The notes: a model not told the origin generated them from the sequence alone. A stretch of 64,000 bases of DNA from Bacteroidales bacterium (GCA_023133655.1 JAGLWB010000041.1:5405-69404); one strand, 5' to 3'. Numbered from the stretch's first letter, positions 47,360 through 56,710 are shown. Program-made: numbers and translations.

Positions 47360-48205
47360 TTAACCGGAAAGTTTACTCTGCCTGGCAAAAACTCTTTTAG
47401 AAACAAGTATCCCCACTTCATACAATCCGAGTAGTGGTATTGCTACCATTATCTGGCTAAAAACATCAGCAGGAGTAATAATAGCTGAAAGGATCAAAAC
47501 AATAACCAGCGCATATTTTCTGTTTTTTTTTAAAAATGAAGGGGTAACAATACCAATTTTGGTTAGAAAGTATATAAAAACGGGCAGTTCAAAAACAGCA
47601 CCCACTCCGAACGAAAGTGTAACCACGGTACTAATATAGGAGCGCAATGCAATTTTGTTCAAAACAGCTTCACTCACCTGATAAGTTCCCAAAAAATTTA
47701 AAGTTAATGGAACAATTAAAAAATAACTAAACAAAACACCAATAAAAAACAGAAGGGACATTATGGCAACAGTACCGCCCGAATATTTCTTCTCATTACT
47801 TTTTAAGGCAGGTGTCACAAAACGCCATATTTCCCAAAGAATATATGGCGTAGCCAATATCACCCCTGCAACTATTGAAATGAACATGTGTGTCATGAAC
47901 TGTCCTGACATTGTTATATTGATTATATTGAGATCCAGCGAATCAATGCACAAGCCCTTGACAGAGATAATGTCTGCCAGTTTACATAATAATTGATTTG
48001 TGATAAATTCTGAATCTTTTGGGGCCAGTATAATATAATCGAAAATAATTTTGCGGTTAAGAAAAGCAATCACCGCAAAGACGAGGACAGCCACGAATGA
48101 ACGCACGATATGCCAACGGAGTTCTTCCAGGTGCTCCCAGAAAGACATCTCTTTTTCCTGAAAAGTATTATTCCCTTTTTTCTTATTTGAAATTTCTTCT
48201 ACCAT
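47360..48205 (-). CDS. tatC: Twin-arginine translocase subunit TatC
   Basis: 'MSFWEHLEELRWHIVRS' after a short N-terminal extension. Six TM helices. 281 aa. Confidence 0.9.
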   Translation of the reverse strand: MVEEISNKKKGNNTFQEKEMSFWEHLEELRWHIVRSFVAVLVFAVIAFLNRKIIFDYIILAPKDSEFITNQLLCKLADIISVKGLCIDSLDLNIINITMSGQFMTHMFISIVAGVILATPYILWEIWRFVTPALKSNEKKYSGGTVAIMSLLFFIGVLFSYFLIVPLTLNFLGTYQVSEAVLNKIALRSYISTVVTLSFGVGAVFELPVFIYFLTKIGIVTPSFLKKNRKYALVIVLILSAIITPADVFSQIMVAIPLLGLYEVGILVSKRVFARQSKLSG

Positions 48206-48276
48206 TCATCTTTAACTTGCTGATCAAAGGAAGTTCAAAATTACAAAAAAAGAACCGACTTAAAACCTTTGTGTGT

Positions 48277-48432
48277 TCAGGGATTAGAAATAGCCTTACC
48301 ACAAAGGCGGCAAGTCACTAATAAATCAGAAGCCGACTCTCTGACAGATTTTTGCACATAAATTTCTTCAAGGACAATGTCGAGTTTTTTATTTATAACA
48401 TCTATTTGATCTTGTATTTTATTCTCAATCAT
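48277..48432 (-). CDS. Possible small ORF (51 aa, helical, C-terminal CxxC); speculative
   Basis: Hand translation gives MIENKIQDQIDVINKKLDIVLEEIYVQKSVRESASDLLVTCRLCGKAISNP*. It fills the otherwise empty 276-nt gap between the polytopic membrane gene and tatC on the same strand. No family recognised. Confidence 0.2.
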   Translation of the reverse strand: MIENKIQDQIDVINKKLDIVLEEIYVQKSVRESASDLLVTCRLCGKAISNP

Positions 48433-48481
48433 TGTTCTGATTATTAAATGGTATTAAACCCCAGGGCAAGCCCTATAAATT

Positions 48482-49690
48482 TCAGTCTGTTCCATCCGTA
48501 TTCTTTTGGAAAGTCATTAACCAGGCATCAGCCTGAGAGATGGTCATTGAGATCGATTTCAAAGGACTGGCAATGAACACCCTGGGCTTTGGCATGCTAT
48601 TCATCATCAAAGGCAAAGCATTAAAAGCGAGAGACAGGGAGAGATAAATTTTCTTAAACCCTTTTCTGAAAAGGAAATTTTTAATTTTCGGGCTTCGAAG
48701 TTCCACACTAATAGCAGTGAATCCAATTACGACCAGGAGAGCACGTAAATTCATTTTCACTCCAACCAGTAATCCCTGCCAATGTGTACTTTGCTCAGTA
48801 AAATCAAATTTATTCCAAAACAATGTTGCCAATATGGTTATAAAGAAAAGTTGCATCCAAAAAACCGGCCTCCCAAGCCTTTTAAGGTTGGCATAGTAAT
48901 GAGCAATACAAAATGTTACATAAACTGTCAGGAAAATTATCGCATAGTACACCTCTAATATATTTAGTATCAACAGAATAAGTGTGATACTGATCAAATG
49001 AATGAACAGATATAAAAGGGAATAGTTTCTGTTTGATTTTATTTCCAGAGGATTCATTCCTTTAGGATCAAAGCTGAATTTATTTTCGTTTGACACTTTC
49101 ATCATAACAGATTTTCTGCCAATGTAATTACCGAGGATAACTGCAGAAAAACCGATGATAAGATAAACCAGAATTAACAACGATAAGGCAACCCACGGAT
49201 CGGCATTGCTGAGATGCAATTGCTGTGAAGCAAAATAAAAAATATTCAGGTAAATTTTAAAAATGTCAAAGCTATACAATATTAATAAGCTGACAAGTTT
49301 ATGGATCAGGGCGCTAAAAAGACTTAATGATCCGCCAATAATCAGGCCGATCATATTTCCTCCAAATACTGAAATTGATAATTGAAGCAATAAGGCTTCA
49401 AGGAATATTCCTATCATAGGGCCAAGAATAACAGCACTTGGGGAGATGGATTTCATTAAAGCACAGATAAGCCCGGCTCTCCAGATGAGGCCTTTATCAG
49501 GCCAATTTTTGTAAAATGCTACCAGGAGAACAACTCCAAAAAAAGCAAGAATTGAACCTGAGAGCGGTATCCGCAGGTTATGCAGAAAACTTCCAACAAT
49601 GATTTCTACTGAAGCCCATAATCCACCAACCACAGCAGCCTTTAACCAAACCGTTTCCAATGGCAATGATATTTCTTTCTTTCCTGTCAT
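48482..49690 (-). CDS. Polytopic (~10 TM) membrane protein of unknown function
   Basis: ATG at 49690 ('MTGKKEISLPLE') preferred (track start 49714 is TTG). A 6-TM N-terminal half and a 4-5-TM C-terminal half are separated by a ~35-aa polar loop. No motif recognised. Confidence 0.7.
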   Translation of the reverse strand: MTGKKEISLPLETVWLKAAVVGGLWASVEIIVGSFLHNLRIPLSGSILAFFGVVLLVAFYKNWPDKGLIWRAGLICALMKSISPSAVILGPMIGIFLEALLLQLSISVFGGNMIGLIIGGSLSLFSALIHKLVSLLILYSFDIFKIYLNIFYFASQQLHLSNADPWVALSLLILVYLIIGFSAVILGNYIGRKSVMMKVSNENKFSFDPKGMNPLEIKSNRNYSLLYLFIHLISITLILLILNILEVYYAIIFLTVYVTFCIAHYYANLKRLGRPVFWMQLFFITILATLFWNKFDFTEQSTHWQGLLVGVKMNLRALLVVIGFTAISVELRSPKIKNFLFRKGFKKIYLSLSLAFNALPLMMNSMPKPRVFIASPLKSISMTISQADAWLMTFQKNTDGTD

Positions 49691-49805
49691 CAATATCAGA
49701 GACTGATTAAACAATATTCAACTATCAATATACATTTCTATTAATAATTTCAGATCCTGAAGGGTATTAACATTATAAAAAAGATGAGGATTAAAAAAAT
49801 CCTGA

Positions 49806-50348
49806 TCAGGTGAAATAACGAATTTTTTTTAAAGCTTCTTTGATCGTTTTGCCAAGCGATATGGGAAGATTATCGTTAACATCAATGATTTGTGGCTTAT
49901 CAATGTTCCATTCTTTGATAACCGCATTTACCAGTGTTCTTCTCACAACGAGTATCCGAATCAAGTTCTGTTGGCGGATAACTTCAGTCAATACCGGATA
50001 CCACCCGCCTCCTACAAGTTCAAATCCACCTATTTCATCAATAACCAGGACTTCCGGACCTGACTTTAACCCATTTTTTATCGAATTTAATCCAAATTCA
50101 ATTCCACCGGGCTTAAAGAAAAAACGACGAAACTTCAAGCTGCCGGGTGTATTTATATGATCACAAAGCAACAAATTCTGTCCTGTTTCAATATCCACAA
50201 CATAAAAGCTATCACGCATTCCATCTTTCCACACGCCTGAAGCAAAAATTCCACTAACTGAGACATCTTCAGTTTTCAAAAAACTGATTAATTGCTTAAT
50301 AAAGGTAGTTTTACCTTCGCCAGACGATCCTGTAAGAATGATTGTCAT
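49806..50348 (-). CDS. THEP1/NTPase_1 (DUF2478-like) P-loop nucleoside triphosphatase
   Basis: Walker A 'LTGSSGEGKTT', 'GIFASGVWKDGMRDSFYVVDIETG' (matches the GF.t.E.r..G.R.GF.v pattern of THEP1-type NTPases), Walker B 'VLVIDEIGGFEL'. 180 aa. Confidence 0.65.
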   Translation of the reverse strand: MTIILTGSSGEGKTTFIKQLISFLKTEDVSVSGIFASGVWKDGMRDSFYVVDIETGQNLLLCDHINTPGSLKFRRFFFKPGGIEFGLNSIKNGLKSGPEVLVIDEIGGFELVGGGWYPVLTEVIRQQNLIRILVVRRTLVNAVIKEWNIDKPQIIDVNDNLPISLGKTIKEALKKIRYFT

Positions 50349-50361
50349 AAATTATTGATAT

Positions 50362-51597
50362 TTAATTTTTATAGAACAAACAACTATCGCCGTAACTCAG
50401 AAACCTGAAATTATTTTCAAGAGCATATTTATAGACTTTTTTCCAATTCTCGCCAATAAATGCAGACACAAGAAGTAATAGCGTACTTTTAGGTTGATGG
50501 AAATTGGTTATTATTATTTCGGGTATCCTATACTTATATCCTGGAACAATCATCAACCTTGTACACCCATGAATTTCGTCCAGGTGATGTTTATCCATAA
50601 AACACAAAACTGCATGCATTGAATCTTTAACGCTTATATTCTTATCAAACGCTGATTTATACGGATCCCATTGATCAATTTTCATTTCACCTGTTGTGTG
50701 AGGATCTATCATAAGTTTCACCCCGTACCAGTAAAGGCTTTCAAGTGTACGGACTGTTGTAGTGCCTACGGCAATTTTCATTCGGGATGAATCTTTAAAA
50801 AGTTCTTCTACCACGTTTCTTGTTATTGAAACGCGTTCGATGTGCATATTATGTTGATCAATCGTGGGGGTGATTACAGGTGTAAAAGTGCCTGCTCCAA
50901 CATGGAGTGTCAGGAAAAATGGTTTAATATTTCTTTTTCTCAGGTTTATTAAAACATCGGGTGTAAAATGTAAACCTGCTGTTGGGGCAGCTACAGATCC
51001 ATCCTGCTGTGCATAAACTGTTTGGTATCTTTCATTATCAGTATCTACTGCTTCGCGGTTAATATAAGGCGGCAATGGTACTCTACCATATGCGGTTAAT
51101 ATTTCTGAAAATAAATTCAAGGCAGGTGTCCATGATAATTTGATCAACGAGTAACCGCCCTCACTTGACAATCTTTCAGCACTTAACATGCAATTCTTTC
51201 CTGAACATTCAAAAAATGTTGTCAAAACACCAGACTTCCATTTTTTTGAATTTCCAACAAGGCATTTCCATGTAACACCTGATTTTTGCTGGAAGGCTGT
51301 TTCCATCTCTCTTGTCGGGTGAACAGGCTCCAGACAAAAAACCTCAATTTTAGCTCCCGTACTTTTTTCAAAAATCAGCCTTGCCCGGATAACCTTTGTA
51401 TCATTAAAAAAAATTATGCTATTATCATTCAGGTATTGGGGGATATTTTTAAAAACATCCTGGCTGATGCGCCCACTTTCATAGATGAGTAGTTTCGATT
51501 CATCTCTTACACTCAAAGGAAACTGACTAATTTTTTCCAGAGTTAGATTATATTTGTATTCATCAATCTTGATACTGCCGGGAAGGTTTGCGTTCAC
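50362..51597 (-). CDS. queA: S-adenosylmethionine:tRNA ribosyltransferase-isomerase
   Basis: 'PLPPYI', 'YQTVYA...GSVAAPTAGLHF', 'TLHVGAGTF', 'VGTTTVRTLES', 'NFHQPKSTLLLLVSAF', 'RFLSYGDSCL'. Apparent GTG start. 411 aa, versus ~350 as I recall for typical QueA. Confidence 0.9.
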   Translation of the reverse strand: MNANLPGSIKIDEYKYNLTLEKISQFPLSVRDESKLLIYESGRISQDVFKNIPQYLNDNSIIFFNDTKVIRARLIFEKSTGAKIEVFCLEPVHPTREMETAFQQKSGVTWKCLVGNSKKWKSGVLTTFFECSGKNCMLSAERLSSEGGYSLIKLSWTPALNLFSEILTAYGRVPLPPYINREAVDTDNERYQTVYAQQDGSVAAPTAGLHFTPDVLINLRKRNIKPFFLTLHVGAGTFTPVITPTIDQHNMHIERVSITRNVVEELFKDSSRMKIAVGTTTVRTLESLYWYGVKLMIDPHTTGEMKIDQWDPYKSAFDKNISVKDSMHAVLCFMDKHHLDEIHGCTRLMIVPGYKYRIPEIIITNFHQPKSTLLLLVSAFIGENWKKVYKYALENNFRFLSYGDSCLFYKN

Positions 51598-51647
51598 TTC
51601 AGGATAGTTTTATTAATAAGGGAATTTTTTTCGTAACCCGGTAACAT

Positions 51648-52373
51648 TTATTTCGACAAATACTCGTTTATCTCCTGGTTGTATTTTTCTTTAATAATTT
51701 TCAACTTCTCAAGATTACAATCCTTATCATAAATACGTACCAGTTCAATCATTTTTATCTTGGTATATACAGCTGCTAAAGCCGCATCGAACTGCCGGTT
51801 ATCGAGATTTCTTTTTAAAGAAAGGGTGATATGCTCGAACGTATCCCAATCAAGAAAAGAGGGGATTTGCAGATAATGAACTTCCGGCTTTAAAACGTGT
51901 TTAAAAATGCCATGGTCAATCTCTTCTAAACTGAAAAAAGTTTTTATCTTGATAACACTATTATACGGTTTTACCTTTTTATTTTTACTAAAAACAATGC
52001 CTTCTTTTTCAAACGCTTTAACAATTTCCGGGACAATTGAATAATTATTCAACATAAGGCGAATGCATGATTTCAATTCATTATGAAGGTATAACTGCCC
52101 CAAGCAGGCATCAAATTCATAATTAAACGTTGACTTAATTCTTGCCGTCATTCTGAAGAACATATCATCGTTGAAGAAATCAAACGATCTAACAACAAGA
52201 AAGAGGTATTTGGGCAATATCTCCTTTTCGTCAAGCGGGATATGAAAATGATCGTAATATCCCGGAAATGGGGCAATGTTTTCAAGAATCAACTCTTTAA
52301 ATGAATAAGGAGATTCAAGTGATTCAAGCATTTCCTTTTTAACAATAATGCCCTGCGTATTTAGCTTCAACAT
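51648..52373 (-). CDS. Hypothetical cytoplasmic protein (241 aa), no family recognised
   Basis: Clean ORF with its own -7 box, same strand as queA and 50 nt upstream of it. No signal peptide, TM helix or known motif. Confidence 0.6.
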   Translation of the reverse strand: MLKLNTQGIIVKKEMLESLESPYSFKELILENIAPFPGYYDHFHIPLDEKEILPKYLFLVVRSFDFFNDDMFFRMTARIKSTFNYEFDACLGQLYLHNELKSCIRLMLNNYSIVPEIVKAFEKEGIVFSKNKKVKPYNSVIKIKTFFSLEEIDHGIFKHVLKPEVHYLQIPSFLDWDTFEHITLSLKRNLDNRQFDAALAAVYTKIKMIELVRIYDKDCNLEKLKIIKEKYNQEINEYLSK

Positions 52374-52400
52374 GAGATAATATTTATTAACACATAAAAT

Positions 52401-52437
52401 TTATTTAATGCAAAGATACAAATGCTACATTAAATAA
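52401..52437. repeat. Perfect 10-bp inverted repeat TTATTTAATG-N17-CATTAAATAA bracketing the -7 box of the hypothetical gene (operator candidate)
   Basis: Arms at 52401-52410 and 52428-52437. The spacer contains CAAAGATA (52411-52418). Confidence 0.5.
52411..52418 (-). promoter_or_regulatory. Putative -7 box (TATCTTTG on minus strand) for the 241-aa hypothetical gene
   Basis: CAAAGATA on the plus strand, 38 nt upstream of the ATG at 52373. Confidence 0.35.
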
Positions 52438-52577
52438 TAACCTGTTAGTTCACTCTGTTCATTGAAATAATATTATTACTGAGAAAAAAGCACACGTTAA
52501 ACAATCAAAAAATATAATTGTTCCATAATAATTAAGCAATATTTCATATTTTTACCGCAACATTGACCTTTCTAAAT

Positions 52578-53303
52578 ATGAAAATACGGTCTAAACTTCC
52601 AAATCTTTTAACACTCATTAATTTATTAGCAGGCTGCCTGGCTGTAATAGCAATTTTCAGCGAAAAGCTTACCATTGCTGTATGCCTTATTGGTGTAGCT
52701 CTATTATTTGACTTTCTTGACGGGGCATTCGCCCGAATATTAAAGGCACAATCGGAGATGGGAAAAGAACTCGATTCTCTGGCCGATGTTGTATCCTTCG
52801 GTGTTGTTCCCGGATTTATAATGTTTATGTTAATGAAAGATACTGTTCAGGACGTTTCTTCGGGTTATCCGATTGATTTATTTTTACCTTATACGGGATT
52901 ATTGATTCCTTTGTTTTCAGCTTTAAGGCTTGCAAAATTCAATATTGACCCCCATCAACGTGAAATTTTTATCGGATTACCAACCCCTGCCAGTGCCATA
53001 CTTATTGCTTCTTTCCCACTTATTCTACACTTTCAATCAGATATCATCTGGGCAAATTACCTGCTGGAAAACAAATATGTACTGGTAATTATAACGATCC
53101 TTATTTCATTTCTTTTAATTTCTCCAATTCGATTATTTTCACTGAAGTTCAAGGTTCTGGCATGGAAAGAAAACAGTACAAGGTACATCTTCCTTCTTTT
53201 ATCATTTCTGATCATCCTGTTTTTTCATTTTATGGCCATCCCGTTGATTATTTTACTTTACGTTTTCATGTCATTAATTATTCAACGTAGATTGAAAGTA
53301 TGA
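52578..53303 (+). CDS. pssA: CDP-diacylglycerol--serine O-phosphatidyltransferase
   Basis: CDP-alcohol phosphatidyltransferase motif 'DGAFARILKAQSEMGKELDSLADVVSFG'. Multi-TM. ATG at 52578 ('MKIRSKLPNLLT') preferred over the TTG at 52563. Confidence 0.85.
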   Translation: MKIRSKLPNLLTLINLLAGCLAVIAIFSEKLTIAVCLIGVALLFDFLDGAFARILKAQSEMGKELDSLADVVSFGVVPGFIMFMLMKDTVQDVSSGYPIDLFLPYTGLLIPLFSALRLAKFNIDPHQREIFIGLPTPASAILIASFPLILHFQSDIIWANYLLENKYVLVIITILISFLLISPIRLFSLKFKVLAWKENSTRYIFLLLSFLIILFFHFMAIPLIILLYVFMSLIIQRRLKV

Positions 53304-53373
53304 TTCGTATCTTTTTAACATTTCCCCGTGAATAAATATTTTTTCAGGAAGTAATGTACTAGTTAGGTTTTTA

Positions 53374-53381
53374 TAACTTTG
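53374..53381 (+). promoter_or_regulatory. Putative -7 box (TAACTTTG) for the serine hydrolase gene
   Basis: TAnnTTTG match 36 nt upstream of the ATG at 53417. Confidence 0.3.
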
Positions 53382-53416
53382 CCCAGTTATTATAATTTGC
53401 TTTCATTTCCTATTGT

Positions 53417-54829
53417 ATGACCCAACCTACAAGACATAAGATATTGATCAGATCAGTATTGTCGATTTTGTTTTTACTGGTCTTTACTTATCCTGATAAG
53501 AACTTCGGCGTACAATCATCGGTTGATCCAGAGATTTTAACCTTAAATGAGCAAAAAGATTTATCATTTCTCTTTGTCAAGGATAAATACAACCGCCTTG
53601 AATCATTGTTAACTATTGCGCAAGAGGCTTATGGATTTCACGGAAGCGTACTCGTGGCTGTGGAAGGAAGTCTGGTATTTAATAAAACCATAGGTTACGC
53701 CAATTTTCGAACGAAAAAAAAGCTGACAAACGAGTCGGTTTTTCAACTTGCCTCAGTAAGCAAGCAGTTCATAGCCATGGCCATTATGATTCTCAAAGAA
53801 GGGGGATTTCTTTCTTACGATGATGACATTCAGAAATATCTTCCGGATTTCCCCTATAAAAAAATGACCATCCGTCACCTTTTAAATCACACCGCCGGGC
53901 TTCCAAATTATATGTGGCTCATTGAACATTATTGGCAACAAGACAGTATTCCTCCGGATAATGGCGATATGGTCAGGATGTTATCCGATCATGACCTGCC
54001 ATTATATTTTACACCGGGACGCCGATTCGATTATTGCAACACAGGATATGCAGTTCTTGCATATTTAATTGAAGTAATTTCTAAGAAGTCAATTCCTGAT
54101 TTTTTACAAGACAATATTTTTGATCCCCTGGAGATGTTCAATACATTTGCTTATTCCACTGCTGCGGACAAACCTCAAGAGGAAATACTCAATGGTTATT
54201 CCCGGTCGTGGAGAAGATACAGAACAATTGGTAAATCATTGCATGATGGTATTCTTGGCGATAAAGGAGTTTACTCAACTACTTCCGATTTATTCAAATG
54301 GGACCAGGCATTATACAGTGAGAAACTGGTGTCCTATGCATCGCTTGAGGAGGCGTTCACAGCTGGAAAAGTGAGAAATAAATATGATTTCCCCTATGGC
54401 TTCGGTTTCAGAATTAAAGAAACAGAAGAGGGGAAAGTAGTGTACCATTATGGAAGATGGGAAGGGTTCAGAACAGGTTTATTGCGTTATATAGATCAAA
54501 AAAACACCATCATTATTCTTAACCATACAAGTCTCAGAGGCTTAACCATATTCATAAACAGAATAAAAAAAATAATACATGACTCGCCCAATAACCGTCC
54601 TGTTGAGCTAATAGTTGAAAAGGCTTTTAGCGGCGGAATTGAATATGCTGTGGCAACATATAATAATCTAAAAAAAGATGATCCTTCCTTAGCAATTAAC
54701 ACAACACTTTTGCTCGAAGTGGTTGATTATCTAAATTCCATCAATAAACCAGGGAAAGCGCGCCTCATTAAAGAACTATTTTTCACATTACACAACCAGG
54801 AGGAGGATATCATTATAGCAGGTAAATAA
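53417..54829 (+). CDS. Serine hydrolase, class C beta-lactamase/DD-peptidase family
   Basis: Signal/anchor sequence, active-site 'ASVSK' (S-x-x-K), 'YCNTGY' (Y-x-N). Extra C-terminal ~90-aa domain. Confidence 0.8.
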   Translation: MTQPTRHKILIRSVLSILFLLVFTYPDKNFGVQSSVDPEILTLNEQKDLSFLFVKDKYNRLESLLTIAQEAYGFHGSVLVAVEGSLVFNKTIGYANFRTKKKLTNESVFQLASVSKQFIAMAIMILKEGGFLSYDDDIQKYLPDFPYKKMTIRHLLNHTAGLPNYMWLIEHYWQQDSIPPDNGDMVRMLSDHDLPLYFTPGRRFDYCNTGYAVLAYLIEVISKKSIPDFLQDNIFDPLEMFNTFAYSTAADKPQEEILNGYSRSWRRYRTIGKSLHDGILGDKGVYSTTSDLFKWDQALYSEKLVSYASLEEAFTAGKVRNKYDFPYGFGFRIKETEEGKVVYHYGRWEGFRTGLLRYIDQKNTIIILNHTSLRGLTIFINRIKKIIHDSPNNRPVELIVEKAFSGGIEYAVATYNNLKKDDPSLAINTTLLLEVVDYLNSINKPGKARLIKELFFTLHNQEEDIIIAGK

Positions 54830-54855
54830 AATATTACTTATTCATTAGTAATGCT

Positions 54856-55581
54856 TTAGCGCCTTAATTCAAAACTTTTTCCGAGGTATACTTGTCGCAC
54901 ATGCGGATCACGTGCCAACTCTTCAGAAGTACCCGACTTTAGAATAGCACCTTCAAATAATAAATAGGAGCGATCGGTTATTGAAAGGGTTTCATGAACG
55001 TTATGATCAGTAATTAAAACGCCAATATTTCTATCTTTCAACTTAGTAACAATACCTTGAATATCTTCAACTGCAATGGGGTCGACACCGGCAAATGGTT
55101 CATCAAGTAAAATAAAATTGGGACTAACAGCAAGTGCCCTGGCAATTTCTGTTCGTCGGCGTTCTCCTCCTGACAAGGTTATTCCCATGCTTTTCCTAAC
55201 ATGTTCTAAGCCAAACTCATTAATTAATGATTCTAGTTTTTGCTTCTGTTCATTTTTGGAAAGGTTTGTAAACTCAAGTACAGCACGGATATTGTCTTCA
55301 ACACTCAATTTCCTAAAAACCGACGCTTCCTGAGCAAGGTACCCAATTCCCAATTGAGCACGTTTAAACATTGGTTCATGCGTTATGTCCTTATCGTCAA
55401 TGTACACCCTACCAGAAAGTGGCTTTATCAACCCAACAATAATATAAAAAGAAGTAGTTTTACCAGCACCATTAGGGCCCAGCAAGCCAACAATTTCTCC
55501 TTGTCTAACTTCAACAGACACATCTCTGACAACAGTCCTGCTTTTGTATTTTTTTACAATTTTATCAGTACGGAGTATCAT
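54856..55581 (-). CDS. lptB: LPS export ABC transporter ATP-binding protein
   Basis: Walker A 'GPNGAGKTT', signature 'LSGGERRR', Walker B 'ILLDEPFAG', and LptB-type C-terminus 'VRQVYLG'. 241 aa. Confidence 0.9.
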   Translation of the reverse strand: MILRTDKIVKKYKSRTVVRDVSVEVRQGEIVGLLGPNGAGKTTSFYIIVGLIKPLSGRVYIDDKDITHEPMFKRAQLGIGYLAQEASVFRKLSVEDNIRAVLEFTNLSKNEQKQKLESLINEFGLEHVRKSMGITLSGGERRRTEIARALAVSPNFILLDEPFAGVDPIAVEDIQGIVTKLKDRNIGVLITDHNVHETLSITDRSYLLFEGAILKSGTSEELARDPHVRQVYLGKSFELRR

Positions 55582-55703
55582 TTCAATTTTTTCTCTTGTA
55601 CCTTCACTCTCACTTAACGAATACGGATTATATTATTTATTTCCTTTTTCTTCTTTATAGTTCCCGGATATCTGCGTTTCCGGGATGAACTTTTATCATT
55701 TAT

Positions 55704-56669
55704 TTAAATAATTCCTTCTCTCAAGATGTCGTGCAAATGGATAATTCCTACGTACTTACCGTTATCCAGAACAAGCAATTGGGTGATATTATTTTCTCTC
55801 ATAATTTCCAATGCATCAGAAACAAGTGTTTGTTCGTCAATGGTTTTCGGAGATTTGCTCATCACCTCATGTGCCTTCACTTCCTCCAAAGAGATATTCT
55901 TTTCTAACATTCTTCTTAAGTCGCCATCAGTAATAATACCCACCAGTTGATCATCGTTAATAACAGCAGTGGCCCCCAACATTTTCGATGATATTTCAAT
56001 GATGACTTTTCTGATATTTTCATTGTAATCCACCCTGGGAACCTGGTTATTTCGATACAAATCAGAGACCCTAAGGTATAGCTGTTTACCCAAAGCGCCA
56101 CCAGGATGGAATTTTGCAAAATCACTCACTGAAAACCCCCGATACTCAAGCAAGGCAACCGCGAGGGCGTCACCCATAACAAGCTGTGCTGTTGTACTGG
56201 ATGTCGGGACTAAATTATTTGGACATGCCTCCTTTACGACCGAAGCATTCATAATATAATCAGCGTGCATGGCCAGGTAAGAGTTAATGTTGCCAACTAT
56301 AGCAATCAGCTTGTTACCCAAGGTTTTAAGCAGCTGCACCAATACTTTTATTTCCGGGGTGTTTCCACTTTTTGATACACAAATAATAACATCATCGTTA
56401 TTTATCATCCCAAGATCCCCATGGATAGCATCTGCGGCATGCATGAATATTGCCCGGGTACCGGTAGAATTTAATGTTGAGACGATCTTGGTAGAAATAT
56501 TTGCACTTTTTCCAATGCCAGTAATAATCACACGGCCCGTTGAGTTGTAAATAAGTTTGATACATTTTACAAAGTCGTCATCAATACGGCCCTTAAGCGT
56601 TAATAAAGCTTCCGCCTCATCAATAATCGTTTGGATTGCAATCTGTTTGATTTGCTTGCTTGATTTCAA
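55704..56669 (-). CDS. kdsD: Arabinose-5-phosphate isomerase (KpsF/GutQ family; SIS + CBS pair)
   Basis: SIS motif 'ITGIGKSANI' and two C-terminal CBS repeats. Apparent TTG start. 321 aa. Confidence 0.85.
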   Translation of the reverse strand: MKSSKQIKQIAIQTIIDEAEALLTLKGRIDDDFVKCIKLIYNSTGRVIITGIGKSANISTKIVSTLNSTGTRAIFMHAADAIHGDLGMINNDDVIICVSKSGNTPEIKVLVQLLKTLGNKLIAIVGNINSYLAMHADYIMNASVVKEACPNNLVPTSSTTAQLVMGDALAVALLEYRGFSVSDFAKFHPGGALGKQLYLRVSDLYRNNQVPRVDYNENIRKVIIEISSKMLGATAVINDDQLVGIITDGDLRRMLEKNISLEEVKAHEVMSKSPKTIDEQTLVSDALEIMRENNITQLLVLDNGKYVGIIHLHDILREGII

Positions 56670-56710
56670 TTCTATTAATTTTTCAATTATTAATAAACAG
56701 GGTTCAGTTG

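Noticed and set aside
51598-51647. Checked the 50-nt spacer upstream of queA for a preQ1-type riboswitch or attenuator.
   Set aside because: It is too short, and I could not fold it into a preQ1-I/II-like hairpin-pseudoknot. Only a trivial ACCCGGT palindrome is present.
53492-53503. 12-nt identity (CCTGATAAGAAC) between the serine-hydrolase CDS and the right arm of the 56883-56898 inverted repeat.
   Set aside because: Exact 12-mers recur by chance many times in 64 kb of AT-biased DNA (rough estimate). There is no extended similarity around it.
54833-54852. AT-rich hairpin ATTACT-N8-AGTAAT between the convergent serine-hydrolase and lptB genes as a bidirectional terminator.
   Set aside because: The stem is only 6 bp and all but one pair are A-T. 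There are no flanking U-runs. Too weak to call.
55240-55617. 125-aa ORF antisense to lptB.
   Set aside because: Shadow ORF opposite a canonical ABC ATPase gene.
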